In this document: positions 10,258 to 20,382 of the stretch, piece by piece
Position numbering within the stretch: the stretch's first letter is position 1
How the letters are laid out: each line of letters opens with the position of its first letter
From: a virus
Lineage: Duplodnaviria > Heunggongvirae > Uroviricota > Caudoviricetes
DNA length: 64,000 nt
Virus record (IMG/VR): IMGVR_UViG_3300044557_000292
Location: 195,388-259,387 of that record
Reading direction: 5' to 3' (one strand)
Translations under genes and position numbers: made by a program
The notes under the pieces: model-generated
Seen by the model: only the letters and a program-made list of their open reading frames with translations
Told to the model about the DNA's origin: nothing
Database searches by the model: none

Positions 10258-10316
10258 GATGGAAGCCAATCCATCTTATCTTATTCATTCACGTCAGCAT
10301 GATGCGACGTGGGTCA

Positions 10317-10796
10317 TTACTCGACGGTGAATGTCTTCACGGAATCATCCCCAGCGTCTTCACGGTATGGGAGGTGGATCTTCAGGATTCCATCCTCCAT
10401 TTTGGCCGTCAACTTGTTCTCATCGAGGTGGTCGTCAACCGTGAATGTCTGGCGATACGACTTATGAGACGAGTGGTCCTTCGCGTCCTCCCTCTCTTCA
10501 ACCGAGACGGTTACGGTGTGCGGAGCTTCGACTTGAACCTTGACTTCTTCCTTCTTCACGCCGGGGAGGTCAATGTTCGCATCAACGGTCTTATCCTCGT
10601 TCTTGTAGAACCTCACCATACGGGGGTCATCCCTCAGAGCATCAAGATCGAATGCGTGGTTGAATCTTGGTCCAATGAAGTACGGTTCGCCGAATGCTCT
10701 TCCAAAGATGCTGTCAAGAGTCCTGAACGGACTGAGGAACGGGTCAACCTCCGCGCTCCTCGAGCCAAACGGTGTAATGTCAGTAGTCTTAGCCAT
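10317..10796 (-). CDS. Hsp20/alpha-crystallin small heat-shock protein
   Basis: IDLPGVKKEEVKVQV...SYRQTFTV...AKMEDGILKIHLP; AGGAG RBS. Confidence 0.93.
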   Translation of the reverse strand: MAKTTDITPFGSRSAEVDPFLSPFRTLDSIFGRAFGEPYFIGPRFNHAFDLDALRDDPRMVRFYKNEDKTVDANIDLPGVKKEEVKVQVEAPHTVTVSVEEREDAKDHSSHKSYRQTFTVDDHLDENKLTAKMEDGILKIHLPYREDAGDDSVKTFTVE

Positions 10797-10984
10797 AATA
10801 ACAATCTCCTTCTTTTTCTGTTATCAATGTAAGCAATGAGGTGCTTTCACATCTCTCATTACTCTTAACAACACGCGACGCAGATTATTCCAGGGTCTTA
10901 CGAGAAGTGGAGAATGATCGCCCGCCCTCATCTTCCATAACAGAATGATTCACGGGAGGGCCCATCTAAGCATATCATAATCAT

Positions 10985-12424
10985 ATGAGTTTATTTCATA
11001 AGGATAGGCCACGGAGCGAATCTGCGGACGAGCAGGGCACCCGGGCAGCGACGGCGGCGGAGGCCGAGAAGATAGCGCTCTCGGGTCGGTCGCTGCGTCA
11101 GCCAAAGAAGAGGTTAGACTTCCAGGACCAGGCTATCGTTGGCAACATCGTGTTCTCATCTAATGACGTGACAGCATACTACGAGATACCGACTACTATC
11201 TATGACTTCCTCTCCGCTGACAGGAAGGTGGCTATGGCCAACAAGCTTACGGCTGCCATAGCTGGTCTTGATAAGAACCAGGAGCGCGTTCTCGACATGC
11301 ATCTAGAGATCACGAATACTCCTATTGATGCCGATCAATGGGAGAAGGACTATCTTGAGGTTACGAAGACCTATAACAGTAAGAGCGGGTTCAGACAATT
11401 CCTGAATGATCAGGTGGATCTCCTCAAGAGTGGAGACTTCTATGAGAAGAGGGTGTTCATTGGCGTCGGCTTGGGTAAGAGACATGAGCTTGACACGGAT
11501 ATGATTAACCCGTTCAACGCTGGAATCAAGGACGCGTGGAATTACGCCACATCATACCTCGACCATGCGCTTCAATTCACGGACAAGTCAGTGTCAGAAT
11601 CAGAACTGCGTCACGCCCAGGCACAAGAGAAGGACTACTTCCTGAGCATCAGCCAATCTAGTCTTGGGGGGTACCGTGCGACTACCGAAGATCTCTCCCT
11701 GCTAGTCAAGAAGCCATTCTATCCATCCATGCCGGTTCCGTACGCGTCCATCGATGACGACGTGTGGGGGCGGGGGGACATGATCCGAGAGATTGGTGGT
11801 GTCATTGACACGAAGAACCCGTCCCTCATTAAGATCAGTCAGGTCATTAACGGGAGGATCAGGACGGGTTATAGAACCACACTCACCTTCAAGCAGTTCC
11901 CCGAGGGCACGATGAACATACCGTACGGCATGCCGTGGCTCTATGCTAGCATCTTCTCGGGGGTTGGCGTACCGTTTGATATTAGCGCGCGGGCGAGCCT
12001 AGTACCGGCGAAGAAGATCAAGAAGGACATTGAGAAGGGCATAGCACAGTCGCTTGACGCTTATGATAACGCCCTTGGTGCAGACAGTGACCCCGGCATC
12101 GCGCTTACCGAGGAGGTCCAGAGGGGTCGAGAGATGCAAGCGCAGGTCACGAAGAATAAGGACCCGTGGCTCAGTGGCACGTACAGGATCATCATCACCG
12201 CGGAATCAGAGGAGCTACTAGACCAGTACTGTAAGATCATGACCTCATTCTATAACGAGAGTATGAATAACATCAAGCTCGTGAGAACATTCCATGATCA
12301 GGTTGATCTCCTCCTGGAGTCAATACCAGGTGATCATTTACGCGAGAATAGTTTCATTCAGACCACCAACATGGAGATGCTGTCAGCGTCCGGGTTCAAC
12401 GTGCTCAACCAGGTAGGGGACTGA
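10985..12424 (+). CDS. VirB4/TcpF/ConE-like conjugation ATPase, N-terminal (non-catalytic) half encoded as a separate gene
   Basis: VTAYYEIP...YDFLS near the N-terminus and PFDISAR internally. Ends DQVDLLLESIPG...FIQ...LSASGF...QVGD, the segment that precedes the ATPase domain in TcpF/ConE. No Walker A. Confidence 0.65.
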   Translation: MSLFHKDRPRSESADEQGTRAATAAEAEKIALSGRSLRQPKKRLDFQDQAIVGNIVFSSNDVTAYYEIPTTIYDFLSADRKVAMANKLTAAIAGLDKNQERVLDMHLEITNTPIDADQWEKDYLEVTKTYNSKSGFRQFLNDQVDLLKSGDFYEKRVFIGVGLGKRHELDTDMINPFNAGIKDAWNYATSYLDHALQFTDKSVSESELRHAQAQEKDYFLSISQSSLGGYRATTEDLSLLVKKPFYPSMPVPYASIDDDVWGRGDMIREIGGVIDTKNPSLIKISQVINGRIRTGYRTTLTFKQFPEGTMNIPYGMPWLYASIFSGVGVPFDISARASLVPAKKIKKDIEKGIAQSLDAYDNALGADSDPGIALTEEVQRGREMQAQVTKNKDPWLSGTYRIIITAESEELLDQYCKIMTSFYNESMNNIKLVRTFHDQVDLLLESIPGDHLRENSFIQTTNMEMLSASGFNVLNQVGD

Positions 12425-12433
12425 TCTAGACTG

Positions 12434-13168
12434 ATGAGTGACCTCGCGGAGATGAGTGGCATGGGGAAGATGGCAGACGAGACGACAGTACGAGATTCTA
12501 GTGATCCTAGCAATCGTGTAGTGGGGAGCAATCACGCTTCGAGGTCTAGTACGGACCTCGGAAAGATATGGTCTATGATTGCTATCGTGATTGCAGGCAT
12601 GATTCCAGTAGTCGTATTCCTCATTGTCTGGTCTCAGGCGTACTGGACTGTGGCGGGGTCATCAATGTACCCGACCCTTGTGGATGGTGACATTGTTTAC
12701 GGCTCGAAGACTGTAGACAGTGCGTCTGTAGGGGATGAATCAATCATCGTGTTCAACAGGCCAACCGGGTGGTCTGATGGTGATTCTATACGGAACGATC
12801 CGCAGCTCGTGAAGAGGGTGTACGCGGTCGCCGGTGAGAAGATCTGCATTACTGATCACCACATGATCGTTCGGGCATCATGCTCTCGGGCTGCGCTCAT
12901 GGGAGCTGGAGCTAATGATAGCAAGGTGAACCCGCCTGAGCTGTTAGACGAGACGTGCGACCGGGTCACTGACGGACAGGACGAGCTCACGGTTCCAAAG
13001 GGCAGGGTGTTCGTCCTGGGAGATAATGCTAACGTGTCGTATGATAGCAGGTACGCCTATTGCTCTGGTGAGGATCCGTTCATACCGGTTGACTCGATCA
13101 AGATGGTGGAATCGGGAGTGGTACCATTAGGTACTATGACTACGAGGATCATGGGGGTGTTTGATTGA
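12434..13168 (+). CDS. Signal peptidase I (S26 family)
   Basis: TM segment followed by GSSMYPTL (catalytic Ser), LVKRV (catalytic Lys) and GDNANVSYDSR. Confidence 0.9.
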   Translation: MSDLAEMSGMGKMADETTVRDSSDPSNRVVGSNHASRSSTDLGKIWSMIAIVIAGMIPVVVFLIVWSQAYWTVAGSSMYPTLVDGDIVYGSKTVDSASVGDESIIVFNRPTGWSDGDSIRNDPQLVKRVYAVAGEKICITDHHMIVRASCSRAALMGAGANDSKVNPPELLDETCDRVTDGQDELTVPKGRVFVLGDNANVSYDSRYAYCSGEDPFIPVDSIKMVESGVVPLGTMTTRIMGVFD

Positions 13169-14592
13169 AGATTGTCATTATCATAGCGCTGTCCGCCCTC
13201 ATCACGTTCAGCCCGTTCATCCTGGCCTTCCTATGGTCCTGGCTCGAAGACCTCATGGCTAGGAGGAGGGCAGCGGCAGCCAACCGTCATGACTACGACG
13301 AGCTCATGAAGCGGGCGAATCATAGAAGCACGCTCATGGGACAGTTGCGCGCGGCCATGCAGGACAAGCGTCTAGTCGGCCTCATGAGGAAGGTCATGGT
13401 CCCCAAGCAGGATGATCAGGGCAACCCCGTTGACAGGAAGGGCGATCCGGTAGATGATCCATCGCAGGCTGTCATGGTCCCGGCTAAGGACGATGATGGC
13501 AAGGTCATCAAGGAGTACAGGTTCGACAAGTTCACCGATGAGTACTGTAATCCACATCTTGAACAGAAGAATCCCCTTCCAGTTGATCCTGGTCCTAGGA
13601 TTCCAGCATGGGTGACCTGTTATAAGCTGGGGTTTCTTGGATCATTCATGCTAGCATTTCTGGTTATCGCCATTGGGTTCTTGGCTGGACTTGTCATCCC
13701 GTTCATCGAGTCATCTGTGGTGTTCGGCGTGATGAGGAGGCAGGGTCAGGCGTGCCTTGACTCGGACAAGCAGACGTGGGATAAGATCAACACGATCTAC
13801 ACGAAGTACTTTGGACAGCCTCCAGAGGGCGCAACTGTTCACGATATGGTGCAGATCATCGGATGGGAGGCCCCTGGCGAGTCACAGGCCATTGCTGACG
13901 CGATCGTGTATGCGTCTGAGATTGGTAAGGACGAGGAGGCAGAAGCGATCATCCACCCCAAGGATAAGAGGGGTCACGAGAAGAGGCCTCGCATAGCCAG
14001 GTTCCGTAACGTTCCGTCAGCTATGGTCATCAGGTTCGGTGCTAACTTCATGCGGGAGTCCATCAACGCTTTCATGAATCATCTCAACCAGACGATTGGC
14101 GGCGGCACGGTTGAGTGGGTCGCCCGGAGTGATGTGAACAAGAATGGTCACATCGTACAGAAGGATGGATGGGATTTCGATAAGCAGGAGGTCTGGCTGA
14201 AGACCATGCCACCGCTCCCGATGATGGCCAGTCTTCCCGAGGATCTTGACGAGACTCCATGGAACGTGATCAGGATAGGACGATCCGTGAGCGGTGAAGC
14301 CACCTGGGATCTTTCCGGACAGGGATGGGGAGCTAAGATGGAACGCGATGAGAACGGTCAGCTCCACCCGGTGATGGGCAAGGATGGTAAGCCGCTCCCA
14401 GATGACAAACATCAGTCCGAGCAGGCGGGCATAACTACCCCAATGAGCTTGATTCCGCTAGATGTGGACACGATGGTGTGGACGCTTGTACCGGTTGATG
14501 ATGATGGGGATGAGATCGAGAATTCTAATGCGTCTGTCATCACTGATGATCATGATGCTGGCGAGGAGTCATCAGCTCTTTACACGAACTGA
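13165..14592 (+). CDS. FtsK/TcpA-like coupling protein N-terminal half fused to a putative split-intein N-fragment
   Basis: TM segments, then PPLP...W..IRIG....ATWDL...TPMSLI, the motif directly preceding the FtsK Walker A. This is followed by PLDVDTMVWT (intein block A-like), an acidic tail and a stop; there is no P-loop. Confidence 0.55.
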   Translation: MKIVIIIALSALITFSPFILAFLWSWLEDLMARRRAAAANRHDYDELMKRANHRSTLMGQLRAAMQDKRLVGLMRKVMVPKQDDQGNPVDRKGDPVDDPSQAVMVPAKDDDGKVIKEYRFDKFTDEYCNPHLEQKNPLPVDPGPRIPAWVTCYKLGFLGSFMLAFLVIAIGFLAGLVIPFIESSVVFGVMRRQGQACLDSDKQTWDKINTIYTKYFGQPPEGATVHDMVQIIGWEAPGESQAIADAIVYASEIGKDEEAEAIIHPKDKRGHEKRPRIARFRNVPSAMVIRFGANFMRESINAFMNHLNQTIGGGTVEWVARSDVNKNGHIVQKDGWDFDKQEVWLKTMPPLPMMASLPEDLDETPWNVIRIGRSVSGEATWDLSGQGWGAKMERDENGQLHPVMGKDGKPLPDDKHQSEQAGITTPMSLIPLDVDTMVWTLVPVDDDGDEIENSNASVITDDHDAGEESSALYTN

Positions 14593-14620
14593 GCATCTAA
14601 TTCCTTTCTCAAGATAATGC

Positions 14621-14714
14621 TCAGATTGTGTTCTAACGACTTCTATTGCCAGTGAGTAAAAAAAACACGTGCCATGATAGATCGTGCGTCTAAGGCGCGT
14701 TAGAACACGTCTGA
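14621..14714 (+). repeat. Dispersed ~93-bp element, copy A
   Basis: TCAGATTGTGTTCTAACG...GTGAGTAAAAAAAACACGTGCC...GCGTCTAAGGCGCGTTAGAACACGTCTGA; homologous to 47010-47102 (-) and 60410-60502 (+). Confidence 0.85.
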
Positions 14715-14722
14715 GAGGTGAA

Positions 14723-16891
14723 TCAGTCAACCCAGTCGTCCCAATCGTCATCTTGAGCACTCTGGTCTTCATAATCGCTTGGATCATAGTACGGAGCATC
14801 GTCATCGCACTCCGGGCCGCTGACAGTCCCCATTACCGGCTCATTGGGATCCACAAGATCATAGGCGTCATCATCCATCCTACTCTTCTTGAATGACTCA
14901 AGGTTGATGGCGTAATTCTCATCATTTGAGCTATTGCCCTCATTGGAATCAAGATCATGGTCAATACCATTAACGTCAAGATAATCAGATCCTAGTGTCC
15001 TCGTCTTCTCCGCGTACCCATTCCTCTCGGAGATCTCCTCGACCAGTGCGGTAGCCTTCTCAAGATTCCTCTCGTATCTTGAGTTGATCTTCTCCATTCC
15101 CCTTCGAATGATCTCATCATATGTCCTCATGATGGTTGGATTATCAGATTGCCCCGCGTCAATGTTGCTAGCAATGAGTGACTGTTCTCTCTGATGCTTC
15201 CTATCCTTCAACAGTGCTTCAACCTGCTGTTTGGCGAGTTGAGCTGGGTTCATGAGGACGGGTGCCGCCCGTTCAAGATCATGCAGTTGATTGATGATGC
15301 GGTCAAGGCGCTCAAGATACGCCCTCCTGTCATCGTCAAAAGACTCCGGGATGAGAATCTCGTCACCAGCGTCTAGGATGATCTCCCTCATCTCCTCATC
15401 CATACCGCTCATTCGGACCATTGACAGGATTGGACGCAGTCCGGGGTTATCAAGCACATTAGCAAGTAGCGCCGCCGCCGTTGGGCTCGTTGAGAGATCC
15501 GGGTTACCAATGATACTGTCGACCATGATGTCCCCATGATCGTCCACTCCTGAATCGTTTGACCGGCTAATTGGACCGAGTTGCTGTACTAGCGTCGAGT
15601 ATGAGGATCCTGAGAGCAGGGCTGCTAATCTCGCGGCTGACTCACTGATGGATGGATCGGTGAGATGAGACCAGATCTTATCCTTGAACTCCGCTAGGAA
15701 CGCTTGTCTTTGATCTGGTTTGGAGAGGTCGTATCGGCCGGCGAGATGCTCGACCACATGCCTCCATAACTCCACGTAGCTAGAAGCCTGAGCCCTAAGA
15801 GCCTCAGCTCCATCATCGTGGTACATGTCGGATGGGTCTTTACCGCTAGTGATGCTTGCGTATGCTTGAGATTGCGCGGGACCGAGCACGGCGAGTGTTC
15901 TCGCGGCTGCCTTCTGCCCGGCCTCGTCAGCATCAAACATGAAGACGATCTTCCCCTCGGGTCCTACCATCCTCCTCATCGACTGGACCTGCTGATCTCC
16001 AAGAGCGGTACCAGATGATGCCACCGTGTTCTCGTACCCAGCGTGCTGCATGGCAATCACGTCGAATTGCCCCTCAACCACGAAGAGCTGATGATCCCTA
16101 TGGGCTTGCTCCCTGGCAATGCTCTGGCAGAAGAGGAGATCCCTCTTCCTGTAAACGTCGCTCTCCCTGCTATTCACGTACTTTCGCTCTATCTTGTCAC
16201 CATCATGATAGAACACCTGGCGGCCAACGAATCCCAGTGGCTTGCCAAGCACATCGCAGATAGGGAACATGAGTCTCCCACGCCAGGGGCAATAGTATGA
16301 TTCACCATCCTTGGACTCATAGATGACGCCGGCCGTCATCATATCGCTGGTATCATACCCATTGCTCTTAAGATACCTGAGCAATAGCTGCCCGTTCTCA
16401 GGTGCCCATCCGAACAAGTCGTGATTATCAGAGGCATCAGAACTGATACCGCGCTTCCCCCTGATCTCATGGGCTTTGACGATATGATCTTCGGGGAGCT
16501 CATCATACCTCGCCCTGAACCACTCCCACGTCTTGGATATGATTTCCATGAGGAGGGCTCGCTTGTTGCTCTTCTCGACGTCCTCATTAGATGACGACAG
16601 CTCTATTCCAATCTCATCAGCCATCTGCCGTATTGAGTCTGGGAAGGAGAGCCCCTCCTTATCCATGAGGTAGGTGAACACGTCACCGCTCTTGCCGCAA
16701 CCGTAGCACTTCCAGTTATTCCTAGTCTCGCTGATAGTGAATGACGGGGTCTTCTCAGAGTGGAATGGACAGAGGGTCACATAGCGAGATGCTCCTGATG
16801 GCTTGAGATCATAGCCCTTCCTCGTAAAGAAGTCAACAAGATTCGTCTTCTGCTTAATGATCTTCTTAGCCTCATCGAAACTTACCCTCAT
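14723..16891 (-). CDS. dnaG: DNA primase DnaG
   Basis: CHC2 zinc finger CPFHSEKTPSF...CYGC, RLMFPI, KYVNSRES, and Toprim VEGQFDVI / FDADEAG. Start set at ATG 16891 after GGGAG. Confidence 0.95.
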   Translation of the reverse strand: MRVSFDEAKKIIKQKTNLVDFFTRKGYDLKPSGASRYVTLCPFHSEKTPSFTISETRNNWKCYGCGKSGDVFTYLMDKEGLSFPDSIRQMADEIGIELSSSNEDVEKSNKRALLMEIISKTWEWFRARYDELPEDHIVKAHEIRGKRGISSDASDNHDLFGWAPENGQLLLRYLKSNGYDTSDMMTAGVIYESKDGESYYCPWRGRLMFPICDVLGKPLGFVGRQVFYHDGDKIERKYVNSRESDVYRKRDLLFCQSIAREQAHRDHQLFVVEGQFDVIAMQHAGYENTVASSGTALGDQQVQSMRRMVGPEGKIVFMFDADEAGQKAAARTLAVLGPAQSQAYASITSGKDPSDMYHDDGAEALRAQASSYVELWRHVVEHLAGRYDLSKPDQRQAFLAEFKDKIWSHLTDPSISESAARLAALLSGSSYSTLVQQLGPISRSNDSGVDDHGDIMVDSIIGNPDLSTSPTAAALLANVLDNPGLRPILSMVRMSGMDEEMREIILDAGDEILIPESFDDDRRAYLERLDRIINQLHDLERAAPVLMNPAQLAKQQVEALLKDRKHQREQSLIASNIDAGQSDNPTIMRTYDEIIRRGMEKINSRYERNLEKATALVEEISERNGYAEKTRTLGSDYLDVNGIDHDLDSNEGNSSNDENYAINLESFKKSRMDDDAYDLVDPNEPVMGTVSGPECDDDAPYYDPSDYEDQSAQDDDWDDWVD

Positions 16892-16959
16892 ATGGTCTAA
16901 TCTCCCGACGTTAAAATTGATTGCATGTTCATGGTACCGCATCTTGACGAGGAATGCAA

Positions 16960-16996
16960 CGAGCCCGTTGTCTCAATCATGGAATCAACGGGCTCG
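16960..16996 (-). terminator. Inverted repeat downstream of recA
   Basis: CGAGCCCGTTG...CAACGGGCTCG. Confidence 0.6.
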
Positions 16997-17059
16997 AGAA
17001 TGGTTACAGAATAAGTACGGTAACTATAAGTTGATGATTGATGGAATCACCAGATATGA

Positions 17060-18220
17060 TCACTGATCATCAGCATCATCAATGGGGTTCACGTCATCAC
17101 TCGTAGTACCCGAGTCCACGTCCTCGTCATCTTCCAGATCATCGTCCTCATCGAAGTCTTGAGCTTCCTCCATCTTCTGGAGTACGATCGGGTAATAGTG
17201 TTCTAGCAGTCCAGACTTCTTATCCTGTAGAGCGGCAATGAGGGTGTCCGTCTTCGTGACCTTCCCATCATTCCACATGATCTGTACTCCGTCGCCGCCC
17301 TCGGTAAGGTCCTTGGAGCACGTAGAGTTAAAGACCCCATACCTCTTACCAAACGTGACCACGTCTGTTGCAGAGTCATATCCGGTCTTCCAATAGAACT
17401 TTGACTCCGTGCTCAGGAATGGTGTGCTCACCTTATTCTTCTTGCAACGGAAGAACACGGCCTGTCCGATCGGACGATCACCCTTCATGATCTGCTTGCC
17501 CTTGCTGATCCTCACCCTTATCGATGAATAGAACTTGAGAGCACGACCCCCAGGAGTCGTCTCGGGGTTGCCGTACCCGCCTATAGCGTCACGCACCTGA
17601 TTGATGAAGATGACAGCAGTTCCAGTGTTACTAGCCATGGTCGCGATCTTAGCCAGCTCTTTGCTCATGAGCCTGGCAACCAGTCCTATCGTTTGATCCT
17701 GCGGTTCGCCCTCCATGACGGCGGCGGGTACGAGAGACGCGATGGAATCAAGCACGATCACGTCAACAGCACCAGAACGGAGGTACATCTCGATGATACC
17801 GAGCGCTTGTTCAGCATTATCGGGCTGTGAGAAGAGGAGCTTGTCAATATTAACTCCGAGTCGATGGGCTTGTTTAGGATCAAGCGCGTGTTCAACATCA
17901 ATGAAGGCAGCTATCTTTCCATTCTTCTGAGCGTTTCCAACGGTCTGGAGAGCAGCCGACGTCTTACCAGACCCCTCAGGACCGAAGAACTCGTGAATAC
18001 GTCCATCGGCTACTCCACCGCCTAGAGCATAGTCAAGCGCAAGTGACCCCGTGCTTGTGCGGTGGACCTCCACCTTAGGATTACTGCCCAGAACGTATGC
18101 TGACATGGCACCGAACTTATCGTTGATAGCATCGGTCACCCTCTTAAGAGCTTTCAGCTTGTCCTCAGGTGTGGTTTGAAGAACGGCGGAATCAGCCGCG
18201 GACTTCTTAGATCTTGCCAT
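17060..18220 (-). CDS. recA: Recombinase RecA
   Basis: STGSLALDYALG, GPEGSGKT, FIDVEHALDP, SQPDNAEQAL, IFINQVR, TPGGRALKFYSSIR, KNKV. Confidence 0.97.
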   Translation of the reverse strand: MARSKKSAADSAVLQTTPEDKLKALKRVTDAINDKFGAMSAYVLGSNPKVEVHRTSTGSLALDYALGGGVADGRIHEFFGPEGSGKTSAALQTVGNAQKNGKIAAFIDVEHALDPKQAHRLGVNIDKLLFSQPDNAEQALGIIEMYLRSGAVDVIVLDSIASLVPAAVMEGEPQDQTIGLVARLMSKELAKIATMASNTGTAVIFINQVRDAIGGYGNPETTPGGRALKFYSSIRVRISKGKQIMKGDRPIGQAVFFRCKKNKVSTPFLSTESKFYWKTGYDSATDVVTFGKRYGVFNSTCSKDLTEGGDGVQIMWNDGKVTKTDTLIAALQDKKSGLLEHYYPIVLQKMEEAQDFDEDDDLEDDEDVDSGTTSDDVNPIDDADDQ

Positions 18221-18311
18221 AATGACCTCCCAGTCATAACTTCTCTCATACTTCGTTTAACGTACATCACTTATGTGATTGACGTGGATTATGGTACCAA
18301 TCTGCATGGTA

Positions 18312-18338
18312 AAGGCCCCACCATATTGGTGGGGCCTT
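18312..18338 (-). terminator. Intrinsic terminator hairpin
   Basis: AAGGCCCCACCA-tat-TGGTGGGGCCTT. Confidence 0.75.
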
Positions 18339-18411
18339 ATTTAATATAGCTCATTAGAATATTGAGATCACAACGTTCTTATCGTGGACTCAATGATTTA
18401 GCATTATGGAA

Positions 18412-18774
18412 TCACTTTGAAGAGGCGGCCGTAGAATCATGATCGTCAGCCGGGGTATCAATGGAGTCTGTCTTATCTTCCGACACAGCCTCATCAAACC
18501 CCTTCTTGACCTCGTTAAACTTGTTCTTAACAGTCCCAGCGGCCTTCCTAATGGCTTCGGACGCGGCGTCCGCGGGATCAGCAGTCTTGTCCTCACTACC
18601 GGCAGCCTTCCACCCCTCAGCGGCCGATCCTGCTAACTCCCTCATCGCGTCGCCGGCCTTCTTGAGATTCTCTGGCCTCACGATCGATACGCCAGTGTCA
18701 ACGACCCTGCGGGTGAGTCTACCCGTACTATTTGCCAGCTTGGACGCCAGTTTACCGTAATCAATGTTACTCAT
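18412..18774 (-). CDS. Hypothetical Ala/Lys-rich helical protein
   Basis: 120-aa ORF with GGAGGGAG RBS, upstream ATATCTTA motif and downstream terminator. Confidence 0.7.
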   Translation of the reverse strand: MSNIDYGKLASKLANSTGRLTRRVVDTGVSIVRPENLKKAGDAMRELAGSAAEGWKAAGSEDKTADPADAASEAIRKAAGTVKNKFNEVKKGFDEAVSEDKTDSIDTPADDHDSTAASSK

Positions 18775-18844
18775 ATTTTCTCCCTCCGTGTTATTCTTGT
18801 TATTAAACCGTTTTTGTAATGGTTAAGATATATGCAAGCAGAAA

Positions 18845-20224
18845 CTATTCCTCACTATGATAAGCTTTCGAGGCCATGTCATCAAAGTCTTTCACGGCCT
18901 TATCGTCATCCTGTCCCTCGTTGAGGAGGGCTTTAACGAGCTCTTCATCCCTCAGCATGTCAGAATCCTGAATTTTATCATTTGCCGCCTGTACGGCCTT
19001 CTCAAGCGCAAGTCTTGACTCACGACCCCTCTTTATAGCATTCACGATACTCACATTGCCAGCAATCACGTTGTCAGACAGCTTGGAAATGGCGTCAGCG
19101 GACACAATGGGTTGTTGAGCCTTCTCCTCAATCCCTGGAAGAGTCTTAGAGGTGAAGTCGCCCATGATCTTCAGGGCGTGCTCGTTCGCATTTTTGAGAG
19201 ACTCGGCCGTACTAGATGCGTCCTTGAGCGTGGTGGCGTACCCGATCTGCGCGATTGATTGCTTAATTACTGGGATCGTGTACGTGTGAACCATGCTGAG
19301 GTTACGGATGACCGTTGCAGATGTATGCATGAAGTTACGAACCTGGCTGTTCGTCGCTCTCGCGATGGCCAGTCGACTCATGTAATTAGAATGCTGCTGC
19401 TCGACAGCATTACTCACCTCAGCAATACGATTAAACTTGTCCTGAACGTCCTGCCATTTCGGTGAATCTTTGTCGATCAGGGCGAGGGCGTGTTCCATAT
19501 CCCTCGCCCTTACTTTGGCAGCAAGATGGATGGATTCGAGAGCAGCAATGACCCCGACCATCTTGTTCATTGATTCCTTATTAGTAATGAGGAGCTGCTT
19601 CACGTAGGAAGATGACTGTTTGAGTTCTTCACGCTTAGCGATCACCTTGCCGTCAATAATGTCCATCCTGTGGACAAGATTCTGACGATCGAACACCATG
19701 TCGTCAAAATTCCGCTTCTTAGATCTGAACCATACGGTCAGGAAGCTCGGCTTCTTCTCCTCAATCTGATCTTTGTACTTGGCAGAGTAACCATCAAGAT
19801 CCCTATTCGCCTGTTCGAGGAGATCGTCAATCTCTGGAATGCGGATGTGCTTCTGAATCTCGAGGAGTCGATCAACAACACTGTTCACTGCTTCCACTGA
19901 GCTCTTACCGAACTCAACGATCTTGTCGTCGCTGGCAATGAACGAGTCGAACGTCTTATCGGCCTGTTGGTCCAGGGCGATCTTGGTTCCCTTGTCAAGA
20001 GCATTATAGAAGGCCATACTGATATCGGGAACAGACTCGGTCTCAACCTCATTCTTCCCTGCAGCGCCAGATGCCGTCTTCGCGATCTTATCCTTACCGT
20101 CTTCATCTGCGGCCTCTTTAACAAGCCTTTCCTCTTCCTCGCTAAGACCAGACGAGTCTGGAAGAACCGATGAGTCAAAGGACGGTGCGGTCGCAGCGAC
20201 CACCTGAGCTTTAGTCATGAGCAC
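18845..20224 (-). CDS. Toxic anion resistance protein, TelA family
   Basis: IVEFG...VDRLL...IPEIDDLL coiled-coil pattern and TIPVIKQSIAQ; size typical of TelA. Confidence 0.75.
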   Translation of the reverse strand: MLMTKAQVVAATAPSFDSSVLPDSSGLSEEEERLVKEAADEDGKDKIAKTASGAAGKNEVETESVPDISMAFYNALDKGTKIALDQQADKTFDSFIASDDKIVEFGKSSVEAVNSVVDRLLEIQKHIRIPEIDDLLEQANRDLDGYSAKYKDQIEEKKPSFLTVWFRSKKRNFDDMVFDRQNLVHRMDIIDGKVIAKREELKQSSSYVKQLLITNKESMNKMVGVIAALESIHLAAKVRARDMEHALALIDKDSPKWQDVQDKFNRIAEVSNAVEQQHSNYMSRLAIARATNSQVRNFMHTSATVIRNLSMVHTYTIPVIKQSIAQIGYATTLKDASSTAESLKNANEHALKIMGDFTSKTLPGIEEKAQQPIVSADAISKLSDNVIAGNVSIVNAIKRGRESRLALEKAVQAANDKIQDSDMLRDEELVKALLNEGQDDDKAVKDFDDMASKAYHSEE

Positions 20225-20382
20225 GTCTCCTTATCTCTTTCACCATGCTTGTAATGGTTGTTAATAGTACCTTTAATGATCATGATAACATGACTGCATA
20301 AGGAAAGCAATGCCAGCATTGGAATTCACGTGGCCAGACGGTCACCCCGCCCTATCTGATAGCCAGTGATTCTAGAAGGAAA

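Noticed and set aside
12380-12424. Possible split intein at the VirB4 break
   Set aside because: The N-half ends at VGD-stop and the C-half starts without Hint motifs, so this split is intein-free.
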